Shown: positions 20,237 through 29,152, counted from the first letter of the stretch. The stretch: 64,000 bases of DNA from an uncultured Acidobacteriota bacterium (GCA_963825195.1 CAWGSD010000002.1:1308-65307), one strand, 5' to 3'. The notes: generated by a model from the sequence alone, not told the origin. A program made the numbers and translations.

Positions 20237-20398
20237 CCTCGCCATCCTATATCATTGAAATCATGCGGCTTACGGCCTAAGTCGCTGAAAACGCGACGGT
20301 TGGCAGGACCGTTTCGCTGCCGGGATGTCAAAGATCCGCTTTCGATGATGCCGCCGGCCTGGGCCGGTGAATCGGTACATGGGGCTCGAGAGACGCCC

Positions 20399-20442
20399 AA
20401 AAAGGGGAAAGCTCTGCGCGCGGTGGGCGGACAGAGCTTTCC
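20399..20442 (-). terminator. orphan Rho-independent terminator
   Basis: Minus strand reads GGAAAGCTCTG - 15 nt - CAGAGCTTTCC CC TTTTT. No annotated minus-strand gene ends here. Confidence 0.6.
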
Positions 20443-20587
20443 TGCTTGTCAGGATAGAGCTCGCAGAGGAGCGGGGCAAGAGAATTCGCAACCGTGTCCG
20501 TTACGAAAGTCATGGACGGCGGATTTACGACGATTGGTGGGCCGAGATGCCCACGCTCTTTCCGACGCGCGCATCCAACCTGCTGCC

Positions 20588-21424
20588 ATGATGTGCCTGA
20601 GAAGGCTGAGTTGCCTCATTTTTCTCTCCGGCGCGCTGGTTTGCACACCGCTTTGGGGCGGCGCGCAGACGAGCAACGCCGATTTGCCGGACAGTCCTGT
20701 ACCGGCTTCGTCCACCACCCCGCTGGACCGCCGGCCGCCGACGGATCGCGAGGAGAGCTGGCGGGGATTGCCGGGAGACTTTCTCCACGATCAGAAGGAA
20801 ATCTGGACGGCGTTTCCGGCGCAGCTGGCGCGGGGGCACCACTGGGTGCCGGTGGTGGCGGTGGCGGGAGTGACAACGGGGCTGCTGTATGCCGATCCGC
20901 ACGTCATGCCGTACTTCAGTACCCATCAGAAGAACCTGGACAAGGTTAACGACGTTTTCGACGCCTACATCACGACGGGCGAGGTGGTGGCGATCCCGGC
21001 CTCGCTGCTGGCGACCGGGTATCTGCGCCACGACCAGTACCAGGTGAGCACGGCGCTGCTGTGCGCCGATGCCTATGCGGACAGCGCCATCGTGGACCTG
21101 GTGATGAAGGCAATCACGCGGCGGGAGCGGCCGTCGGACGTTCCGGCGGGAACTCCTTTCCAGGACACCTTCTTTGCGGGCAGCGAGTCGCCGGTGAAGG
21201 GGAGCAGCTTTCCTTCCGGCCATGCGGCGGGAGCGTTTTCAGTGGCGACGGTGGTGGCGCGGCGCTATGCCAACCACAAATGGGTGCCATGGACGGTTTA
21301 TGGGTTTGCCACGGTGGTGGGGCTGTCGCGGATTGCGGATGAGGCGCACTTCCCTTCCGACGTGTTTGTGGGGGCGGTGGTGGGGTACACGGTGACGCGG
21401 TACCAGACGCTGCGTCCGCGGTGA
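20588..21424 (+). CDS. PAP2 superfamily phosphatase, membrane/secreted
   Basis: Start ATG 20588 (MMCLRRLSCLIFLSG signal). KAITRRERP, PSGH and SRIADEAHFPSD motifs. The track ORF starts at 20192, with no support for the extension. Confidence 0.85.
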   Translation: MMCLRRLSCLIFLSGALVCTPLWGGAQTSNADLPDSPVPASSTTPLDRRPPTDREESWRGLPGDFLHDQKEIWTAFPAQLARGHHWVPVVAVAGVTTGLLYADPHVMPYFSTHQKNLDKVNDVFDAYITTGEVVAIPASLLATGYLRHDQYQVSTALLCADAYADSAIVDLVMKAITRRERPSDVPAGTPFQDTFFAGSESPVKGSSFPSGHAAGAFSVATVVARRYANHKWVPWTVYGFATVVGLSRIADEAHFPSDVFVGAVVGYTVTRYQTLRPR

Positions 21425-21496
21425 GCAGCGCTTAGCGACCAGCGGTTAGCCGTTAGCGGCTGGCGGCTAGCCGTTTAGCCGTTAGCAGCCAGCCGC
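21425..21496. repeat. repeat family copy R2: reiterated (C)CGTTAGC / GGCTAGCC units filling the whole convergent intergenic gap
   Basis: GTTAGC at 21445, 21452 and 21481, plus CTAGCC/TTTAGCC variants. Bounded exactly by the two stop codons (21422-24 and 21497-99). Confidence 0.75.
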
Positions 21497-21883
21497 TTAT
21501 TTGCGGCGCCGCGAGCTGCGGACCTTCGAACCCCACAGGAGGGCCGCCTGAAGATTCAGGCGTACCACCCATGCGGCGTGCTGCACTCGATCCAGGCCGT
21601 GGGAGTGCTCGTAGAACTCCGGAGGCGCCACCGCTCCGGTCCTCGTGTTCTCAGCATGAGCGACGTGATGGCAGAGATCGCAGAGAACCACACAATTGTC
21701 CACGGTGCGGAGCCATGCGTGGGCGGGGTTGCCGGGATCGCCGGATTGATTGGGGATCGCGTGGTGGGCTTCCTCCCACTGGTCGGTCAGCGAGTCTCCA
21801 CAGTGTGCGCAGAGGCCGAACTGACGCAGCCGGGCCTCCCGGCGGACAGCGTCGTCGAAGTCAAAAGGCCGCTTCTGTCCCAT
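21497..21883 (-). CDS. HNH endonuclease domain protein
   Basis: Start ATG 21883 lies 6 nt after GGGAGG. CAHCG ... EAHHAIP ... DNCVVLCDLCHHVAH (CxxC...HH...N...CxxCH). Confidence 0.8.
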   Translation of the reverse strand: MGQKRPFDFDDAVRREARLRQFGLCAHCGDSLTDQWEEAHHAIPNQSGDPGNPAHAWLRTVDNCVVLCDLCHHVAHAENTRTGAVAPPEFYEHSHGLDRVQHAAWVVRLNLQAALLWGSKVRSSRRRK

Positions 21884-21950
21884 GGAAGGCCTCCCTGCTT
21901 TGGGGGCCCATTGTAGTCCATTGGGTTGGGGGTGCAAGGCAGGGTCAGAA

Positions 21951-22376
21951 CTACAGCGGAGCCCGCTCGACCGAAGTGATGAAGTGAATGCCGTCCAGCC
22001 GGACGCTGTGCAGGCGGGTATCGTTGGTTAAGAACAGATCGACGCCCGCGCTGGCGGCGCAGGCCAGTTGGATGGCATCGGGCGGCGCGATTTTCGGCGG
22101 CTGGGCGCGGATTTGGGCGTAGAAGCGGGCTGCCGCGATCTCAAACGGTACGATGGTGGCGTGAGCCCGCAAAGCAGCTTCATACTGATCGCAGCGTTGC
22201 ATGTCAGCTGCGCGCCGCGGCTGCACGAGCACTTCGCCCACCGTGAGGGCTGAAGTCAGCAGTTCGTCTCCGCGATGCTCCATTTTGGAAAGCAGTGACG
22301 CCACCGTCTTTGAGTGGGTTCCGTAGTCTTCAAACAGATAGATGAAGAGGTTGGTGTCCCAGAAGATCCGGCTCAT
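21951..22376 (-). CDS. vapC: PIN-domain toxin, VapC family
   Basis: 141 aa. Acidic residues in IFWDTN, GEVL, PPDAIQLA and LTND contexts. 4-nt overlap with the upstream gene. Confidence 0.85.
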   Translation of the reverse strand: MSRIFWDTNLFIYLFEDYGTHSKTVASLLSKMEHRGDELLTSALTVGEVLVQPRRAADMQRCDQYEAALRAHATIVPFEIAAARFYAQIRAQPPKIAPPDAIQLACAASAGVDLFLTNDTRLHSVRLDGIHFITSVERAPL

Positions 22377-22879
22377 TCCCAGCCCTCGCGAAGGTGTCGA
22401 ACATATTCATCCGCATGCTCCTTCGCCCAAAGGTCGCGTCCGGAGCCTCGCAAACGCAGGAGGCCATCAAATCGGCCGCCGGTGCGGACGTGAGAACGGA
22501 TCCATTGTTCGTACCAGGCGAGTAACGGCTGATACTTCTCCGGCAGTTCTTCACGTCGCGGAATGGTCTTCGAGTTTTCGCGCATCGGATCAAAGGGATC
22601 GCCTGGCCGAAAAAGCCGGCGACGACCGGCAGCCGTTTCGAAGAGCATGCGATAACGATTCGGTTTGGGCGGGAGGTTCGCCACGCAGTGCATCTGCGCG
22701 TGGATCTGCACTCCGGGTCTGAGTGGAGAAGCCGGATGCTCTTTGCGAGCGCGCTCAACGATCTCTGCAATGGAGAAGTCCGGGCTTTCGGGACGTTCCC
22801 GATGCAGCAGAGCCGTTGCCATCCACACCTCGTCGGCGACTTTGAGGACAACTTCTGTTGTCACGGCGACAGCCATCAC
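22373..22879 (-). CDS. atypically long (168 aa) antitoxin-like partner of VapC with uncharacterised N-terminal domain
   Basis: The C-terminal tail LRLRGSGRDLWAKEHADEYVRHLREGWE resembles tails of PIN-associated antitoxins. The N-terminal ~115 aa (ALLHRERPESPDFSIAEIV ... HCVANLPPKPNRYRML) was not recognised. The real start may be ATG 22876, after GGAGG. Confidence 0.6.
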   Translation of the reverse strand: MMAVAVTTEVVLKVADEVWMATALLHRERPESPDFSIAEIVERARKEHPASPLRPGVQIHAQMHCVANLPPKPNRYRMLFETAAGRRRLFRPGDPFDPMRENSKTIPRREELPEKYQPLLAWYEQWIRSHVRTGGRFDGLLRLRGSGRDLWAKEHADEYVRHLREGWE

Positions 22880-22889
22880 GGCCTCCGCG

Positions 22890-22910
22890 TACGTATACTA
22901 CGTATACGTA
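22890..22910. promoter_or_regulatory. perfect 9-bp inverted repeat (candidate TA operator) overlapping a putative promoter
   Basis: TACGTATAC-TAC-GTATACGTA, 4 nt upstream of the RBS. On the minus strand TTGATA (22919-22914) sits 16 nt upstream of TATACG. Confidence 0.55.
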
Positions 22911-23148
22911 GAATATCAAAAAAGTGGAATGAGGCGGGCGGCACGGTGGGGAACCCCGAAGTTTCGCGCCACGATTTGTCCGCGGGATGAAGCCCGCGGC
23001 TTCCACCCCTTCGGCTCGCTGCACTCACTCAGACGAGGCTCTGCGCTGCCGGGCAGCGCCTCTTGTGTCTCTGTTTGGCGCTGGGTGGTTGCGGCGCTCC
23101 CACATCTGCCAACGACAGGTAGATGTGGGGCACCCGGCAAAAGCTGCG

Positions 23149-23376
23149 TCAGCCAGAGAGGAGTTCGAAGTAGCGCTCGCGGGACATTCCGGCGGTGCGC
23201 AGCAGGTTCTTGATGATGAACACCGGAACCTCGTCATAGGCGGGAATGACCAGCGGCCGGCTCACGCCGGGCTTTACATAGATGAGGTGATCGCCGCGCT
23301 GGCGATGGAACACATAGCCATCGCGCTCGAAGATAGAAACCAAGGCTCTGTAGTGGAGAGGCCTGATAGCCGCCAT
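23149..23376 (-). CDS. hicA: HicA family mRNA interferase toxin
   Basis: 75 aa. L..F...GY.F.RQRGDHLIY pattern. Confidence 0.85.
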   Translation of the reverse strand: MAAIRPLHYRALVSIFERDGYVFHRQRGDHLIYVKPGVSRPLVIPAYDEVPVFIIKNLLRTAGMSRERYFELLSG

Positions 23377-23645
23377 TAGCCGACGCTTACCGTCTCCCGA
23401 TCAAGCGCCACGAATTCGGGCGCTTCCCATGCATTTCCGCTGCGCGTGTAGCCCGATTCCTGGAGAATTTCGTCGAGGGTGCCCATCTCGGCGCTGGTTT
23501 CCACAAACGCCTGGACCGCCTCGCGGATATGGCGACGCGCCTCGTCGTTGGTCGCTCCGCAGCTGGAAATATCCAGCTCAGGAACGTAGGCGACGTAGGT
23601 CGGTCCTTCCTTAAACGTGTGGACGGTGTATGGAATCTCCTGCAT
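23376..23645 (-). CDS. hicB: HicB-like antitoxin (UPF0150 fold only)
   Basis: Start ATG 23645 (MQEIPYTVHTFKEGPTYVAYVPELDISSCGATNDEARRHIREA). The TAATG junction joins it to hicA. The track ORF starts at 23726, overlapping the upstream hicA. Confidence 0.75.
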   Translation of the reverse strand: MQEIPYTVHTFKEGPTYVAYVPELDISSCGATNDEARRHIREAVQAFVETSAEMGTLDEILQESGYTRSGNAWEAPEFVALDRETVSVG

Positions 23646-23722
23646 AAGTCCTCGCCAATCAGGATACGCCGACGTGTGTGCTCCGATGTCGGTTATTCGT
23701 TCAAAGCAGGCGATCCTGTAGT

Positions 23723-23974
23723 TCAATCGATCAGAGCAAGCCGGCGAAGGTCGGCTTCGTTCCAGCGCGCCTGGATTTCGATGATGCTCCTGAGGGTGCC
23801 GAGGGGAAAGGTGTCGGAGGAGTGGTGGAAGGAGAGCGTTACGCGGCGGCCGTCGGGGTGACGGTAGTGACGGTGGCTTCCCTTCTGGCGCTGCAACTCG
23901 AAACCGTCATCGGAAAGCGCTGTTGCGAGGCGGCGTGCGGTGATCGAGCGGAGCCTCGAATAGCCGATGCTCAT
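23723..23974 (-). CDS. hicA: HicA family toxin (second, divergent copy)
   Basis: 83 aa. L...GFELQRQKGSHRHYRHPDGRRVTL. Confidence 0.8.
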   Translation of the reverse strand: MSIGYSRLRSITARRLATALSDDGFELQRQKGSHRHYRHPDGRRVTLSFHHSSDTFPLGTLRSIIEIQARWNEADLRRLALID

Positions 23975-24204
23975 ACGGTGACGGCGACCACCGGCTCATC
24001 GACCTGAGCGATCCCCGGCGGCAATGGCTCACCATCCTCCAGCATGGACTCGATCACCAACTGGGCGACTTCATGGATGTTACGCAGCGCTTCTTCCTGG
24101 GTTTTACCCCAGGTCGCGCCGCCCCTGGCCTCAAGTTCAGGGATCCACGCGCGCCAGGCATCTTCATCCGGCTCGACTACGACACGAAAGACCCAGGATT
24201 TCAC
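23971..24204 (-). CDS. hicB: HicB-like antitoxin (second copy, 77 aa, no DNA-binding extension)
   Basis: WVFRVVVEPDEDAWRAWIPELEARGGATWGKTQEEALRNIHE. GTG start. 4-nt overlap with hicA. Confidence 0.8.
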   Translation of the reverse strand: MKSWVFRVVVEPDEDAWRAWIPELEARGGATWGKTQEEALRNIHEVAQLVIESMLEDGEPLPPGIAQVDEPVVAVTV

Positions 24205-24247
24205 GTTTCCCCCTGCGAATGATCCAATTCAGGATACTCCCCACCAT

Positions 24248-24279
24248 AAAAAACGGGCGTCCTCGTGAAGAGGACGCCC
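24248..24279 (-). terminator. Rho-independent terminator of groESL
   Basis: Minus strand reads GGGCGTCCTC-TTCAC-GAGGACGCCC followed by GTTTTTT, 40 nt after the groEL stop. Confidence 0.85.
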
Positions 24280-24318
24280 GCTGTTCTTGCGCGGAGCGCG
24301 TGTCGCTGAGCGCGGAGC

Positions 24319-26024
<1,706 letters not shown>

Positions 26025-26154
26025 CTAAAGCCCCCAATTTGGCTGCTGTTTTCGGCACGGCTGAAGCCGTGCCCTGATACAAAACCGAATACTCAAACTG
26101 CGAAGGCCGATGCCGGGAACCGCACGCGCAGCGCGTCCGCCGGTGCGGCCAGGA

Positions 26155-26472
26155 CTACTTCTTGAGAATGCCGAGGACTTCTTCTTCGCGCATGATGAGG
26201 AACTCTTCGCCATCGATGCGGATCTCGGTGCCGGAATACTTGCCGAAGAGGACGCGGTCACCCTTCTTGACGTCGAGGGGGAAGACCTTGCCTTCGTCGT
26301 TGGACTTGCCCTTGCCGACGGAGATGACTTCGCCTTCCTGGGGCTTTTCCTTTGCGGTGTCGGGGATGATGATGCCGCCGCGCACGGTTTCGTTTTCCTC
26401 AATCCGGCGGACGAGGATGCGATCGTGCAGCGGAGTGAACGTAGTGGTTGCAGATGCCGTTGCAGTAGCCAT
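26155..26472 (-). CDS. groES: co-chaperonin GroES
   Basis: Start ATG 26472 follows [16 protein letters not shown] ... [22 protein letters not shown] ... [13 protein letters not shown]. Confidence 0.95.
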   Translation of the reverse strand: MATATASATTTFTPLHDRILVRRIEENETVRGGIIIPDTAKEKPQEGEVISVGKGKSNDEGKVFPLDVKKGDRVLFGKYSGTEIRIDGEEFLIMREEEVLGILKK

Positions 26473-26676
26473 AGGCTTTGCTTCTCCTTCAGAGATTTCC
26501 CGGAACGCACGCCGTGGGCGGCGCCCCGCATGAATTTGCCCGCAGGAGCGACCCTGCGGGAGAACCCTACCGTTAAAAACCGTCCTTGATATGGATCGAT
26601 TGCGGATGACTTGCAGGCCCAGCCGAACCAACCGTGAGCCCGAAACGCAGGCTGGGTGCTGCCCATGCCAGCGTTC

Positions 26677-26703
26677 TTAGCACTTTCACCCTGCGACTGC
26701 TAA
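26677..26703. promoter_or_regulatory. CIRCE (HrcA operator) element
   Basis: TTAGCACTT-N9-GACTGCTAA against the consensus TTAGCACTC-N9-GAGTGCTAA. About 205 nt upstream of groES. Confidence 0.8.
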
Positions 26704-26731
26704 GGTACGCGGGGCGGGATATGGCTGTCAA
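26702..26731 (-). promoter_or_regulatory. putative groESL promoter abutting CIRCE
   Basis: Minus strand reads TTGACA (26731-26726) - 18 nt - TACCTT (26707-26702). Confidence 0.4.
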
Positions 26732-26888
26732 GAGGGCAAAGCGTAAAAAGTGAGTGAATCGCGCTCAGATAATCGGCGTGGGGTAGTCGCGAGAGGCCGG
26801 AGGGGAGTGGAAGAGGAACCAGCACCGGCTGAGATGCGGCTGAGCACTCAAGGCTATCATCGGCGCGCTGCTCATTGAGAATCTCAGC

Positions 26889-27322
26889 TTGACCGAGGGG
26901 AATGCGGTGCTTTGCCGGATTTTTGTCCTTTTTGCCGGGTTGAGTGTGCAGGGATTGAGCTTGCCGGCGGTGCGGAAGGGCAAGCGGCTGAAGATGACGC
27001 CGGCAAAGGACACAATACGCGTTCCCTTCATGACGGTGAGGACCTTCCACGACGGCGCGCGAAACGGCGAGGTGGTGGCGCGAATACCACCATGGCCTAT
27101 ACGCCACAACAGCTGAGCCGATTCCTGCGGCTGCCAGTTGTGGATAAGACGGGAATAACGGGCTCGTTTGACTTCGACGTGCCGGCGCCGGAAGAGGCGA
27201 ATGCAGACTTCACGAACGCGACGCTGGAAGGGCTGGATACGCTGGGGCTTAAGCTGAAGGCGGAACGGGGCGCGGTGCAGATCCTGGTGGTCGATGGGGC
27301 GGAGCGGCCGGGAAGCAAGTAG
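26889..27322 (+). pseudogene. 5'-truncated, frameshifted remnant of a TIGR03435-family (soil Acidobacteria paralogous family) protein
   Basis: C-terminal LPVVDKTGITGSFDFDV ... LGLKLKAERGAVQILVVDGAERP lies in ORF 26912..27322. The preceding part (FAGLSVQGLSLPAVRKGKRLK) lies in ORF 26889..27116. No N-terminal half is present. Confidence 0.45.
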
Positions 27323-27873
27323 ATCGCGCTCAATGAGCTTGAACAGAATTGCCGAACCATTTTGCCCATAGCCTCTCCGCTCCAGATCGTGTAATTGAGA
27401 CCAGTACTTGTAACGTATTTCCCGGCGTTCAGGGAAGTAATTGCGCTGCTCTGGAAAACGTTGCCTGGCTTCCACAGTTTTCTTCCTGCCCGGCTGCAAA
27501 ATCGCTTTACAGCAGCGGCTGGTTGTATATGATCCGTTTAACAATTCATTTGAATTTCTGCCTGTAAGCGCGCGTTCGGAAGGCCGCGCAGCGCATGGGG
27601 AGGCGCTCCAGGGAAAGCTGAGGGAGCTGCTCCAGCCTGTGGTTTGGTCTCCGCACCCGCCGGGGAGGTGTGCTCCTCTGCCGCCGCCCCACGTACACCG
27701 AGAGAGGCTGTCGAGATTCGCCGGCGCACGCTGCCCCCGCTCAGACACGCCCAACCCATGACGAAGTCCGTCGGCTCCTTCGCTGGTCCGGCCAGCCGGT
27801 GGAGTCACGCAGCGACCGCAACTCAAGTCCCGCGCAGGCGGGCAAGAACCCGATTTTGGTGAAAGGCCTGATC

Positions 27874-28890
27874 ATGAGTAAGTTCCTGTACTACCCTCCC
27901 CTGTTCGTCCTCACGATTGCAGTACCCGCATTTGCAGGAGTCTCCATCAGCAGTCCCGGGAACGGTGCCGATGTTTCCTCGCCGTTCAACCTGTCCGCAT
28001 ATGCCTCAACCTGCTCCAACCAGGCGGTGAGCGCTATGGGCTATTCGTTCGACAACAGCGCGGACACCACTGTGGTGAACGGCACGTCGGTGGATCGGAA
28101 CATCAGTGCCGGGGACGGCACGCACACGCTGCATGTGAAGGCATGGGGCGAAAAGGGCGCTTCCTGCGTAACGGATGTGACACTGCATGTCACCGACGAA
28201 GCCAGCTCAAACGTCGTTCCGTCGGACGCCAAGAGCGTCAGCGCCATTCAGCTGCTGGGCAGCTGGGCGGAACAGCATGATCCAGGTGTGGGCGGCGGCT
28301 GGTCCAGCGGCAACATGAGCCTGGTGGGATCGCCGTCGCGCAGCGGGCACGCACGGAAGTTCGTTACCGGATTTTCCAATGCAAGCGGCGAACTCTATCA
28401 CGTGAGCTTTGGGGACGACACGGAGGCCACGAACTTCTTCTATGACGCGTGGGTGTATCTGACCAGTTCGGTGGACAAGATCGAGAATCTGGAGATGGAC
28501 ATGAATCAGACTATGTCCAACGGACAGACGGTCATCTATGGGTTCCAGTGCGATGGGTGGACGGGCACATGGGATTTCACAAAAAACGCGGGAACTCCGA
28601 AGAACCACGTCACAACCTGGGTGCATTCGGGGGCGGGCTGCAATCCTCGTAACTGGGGGACTAACACGTGGCATCACGTGCAGATCAGTTACTCGCGCAA
28701 CGGATCGGGCGCTGTGACCTATAAGTCGGTATGGCTGGATGGCAAGGAGCAGCAGATCAATGCGACAGTGCCGTCAGCCTTCGCGCTGGGCTGGGGCCCG
28801 ACGCTGCTGACTAACTTCCAGGTGGACGGACTGGGCGCGGGCGGAACGTCGACGGTGTATCTGGATGATCTGAAGGTTTCCTGGTGGTGA
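27874..28890 (+). CDS. secreted protein: N-terminal Ig-like domain plus C-terminal jelly-roll/LamG-like region, unknown function
   Basis: ATG 27874 follows GAAAGG. Signal peptide LFVLTIAVPAFAG. 338 aa. The domain calls are impressions, not matches. Confidence 0.6.
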   Translation: MSKFLYYPPLFVLTIAVPAFAGVSISSPGNGADVSSPFNLSAYASTCSNQAVSAMGYSFDNSADTTVVNGTSVDRNISAGDGTHTLHVKAWGEKGASCVTDVTLHVTDEASSNVVPSDAKSVSAIQLLGSWAEQHDPGVGGGWSSGNMSLVGSPSRSGHARKFVTGFSNASGELYHVSFGDDTEATNFFYDAWVYLTSSVDKIENLEMDMNQTMSNGQTVIYGFQCDGWTGTWDFTKNAGTPKNHVTTWVHSGAGCNPRNWGTNTWHHVQISYSRNGSGAVTYKSVWLDGKEQQINATVPSAFALGWGPTLLTNFQVDGLGAGGTSTVYLDDLKVSWW

Positions 28891-28894
28891 GAAA

Positions 28895-29035
28895 GGCAGC
28901 GGCCAGCTTCCAGCGGTCAGCAGCCAGCAGCCAGCGGTTGGTAGCTGGTAGCTGGTAGGCAGCAGCCAGCTGCCAGCAGTCAGCGGTTGAAAGCTGGTGG
29001 CTGGTAGCTGGTAGCTGAAAGGCAGCAGCCAGCTG
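28895..29035. repeat. repeat family copy R3: CAGCGGT(C/T)(A/G)G, AGCCAGC and GCTGGTAGCTGGTAGC units forming long imperfect hairpins
   Basis: AGCCAGCAGCCAGC pairs with GCTGGTAGCTGGT (G-U allowed), in two modules. Lies between the stop at 28888-90 and the terminator at 29079. Confidence 0.8.
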
Positions 29036-29078
29036 CTCTGAATCAAACAAGTTTCGTCCTTGCAGGGAGCAGGGACCT

Positions 29079-29106
29079 GGCGGGGCTTATGCCCCGCTGC
29101 TTTTTT
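29079..29106 (+). terminator. Rho-independent terminator
   Basis: GGCGGGGC-TTAT-GCCCCGC, then TGC, then TTTTTT. Confidence 0.8.
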
Positions 29107-29152
29107 GGCCGGTACGAAATTTTGCGGTTCGATGTAGGGAGCCAGTCCTCGC

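Noticed and set aside
26765-27826. 353-aa minus-strand ORF spanning the groES-upstream region.
   Set aside because: It has low-complexity, Arg/Ser/Pro-rich composition and no recognisable motifs. It runs antisense to the TIGR03435 remnant and through the lower-GC non-coding tail. This is typical of a spurious long ORF in high-GC DNA.
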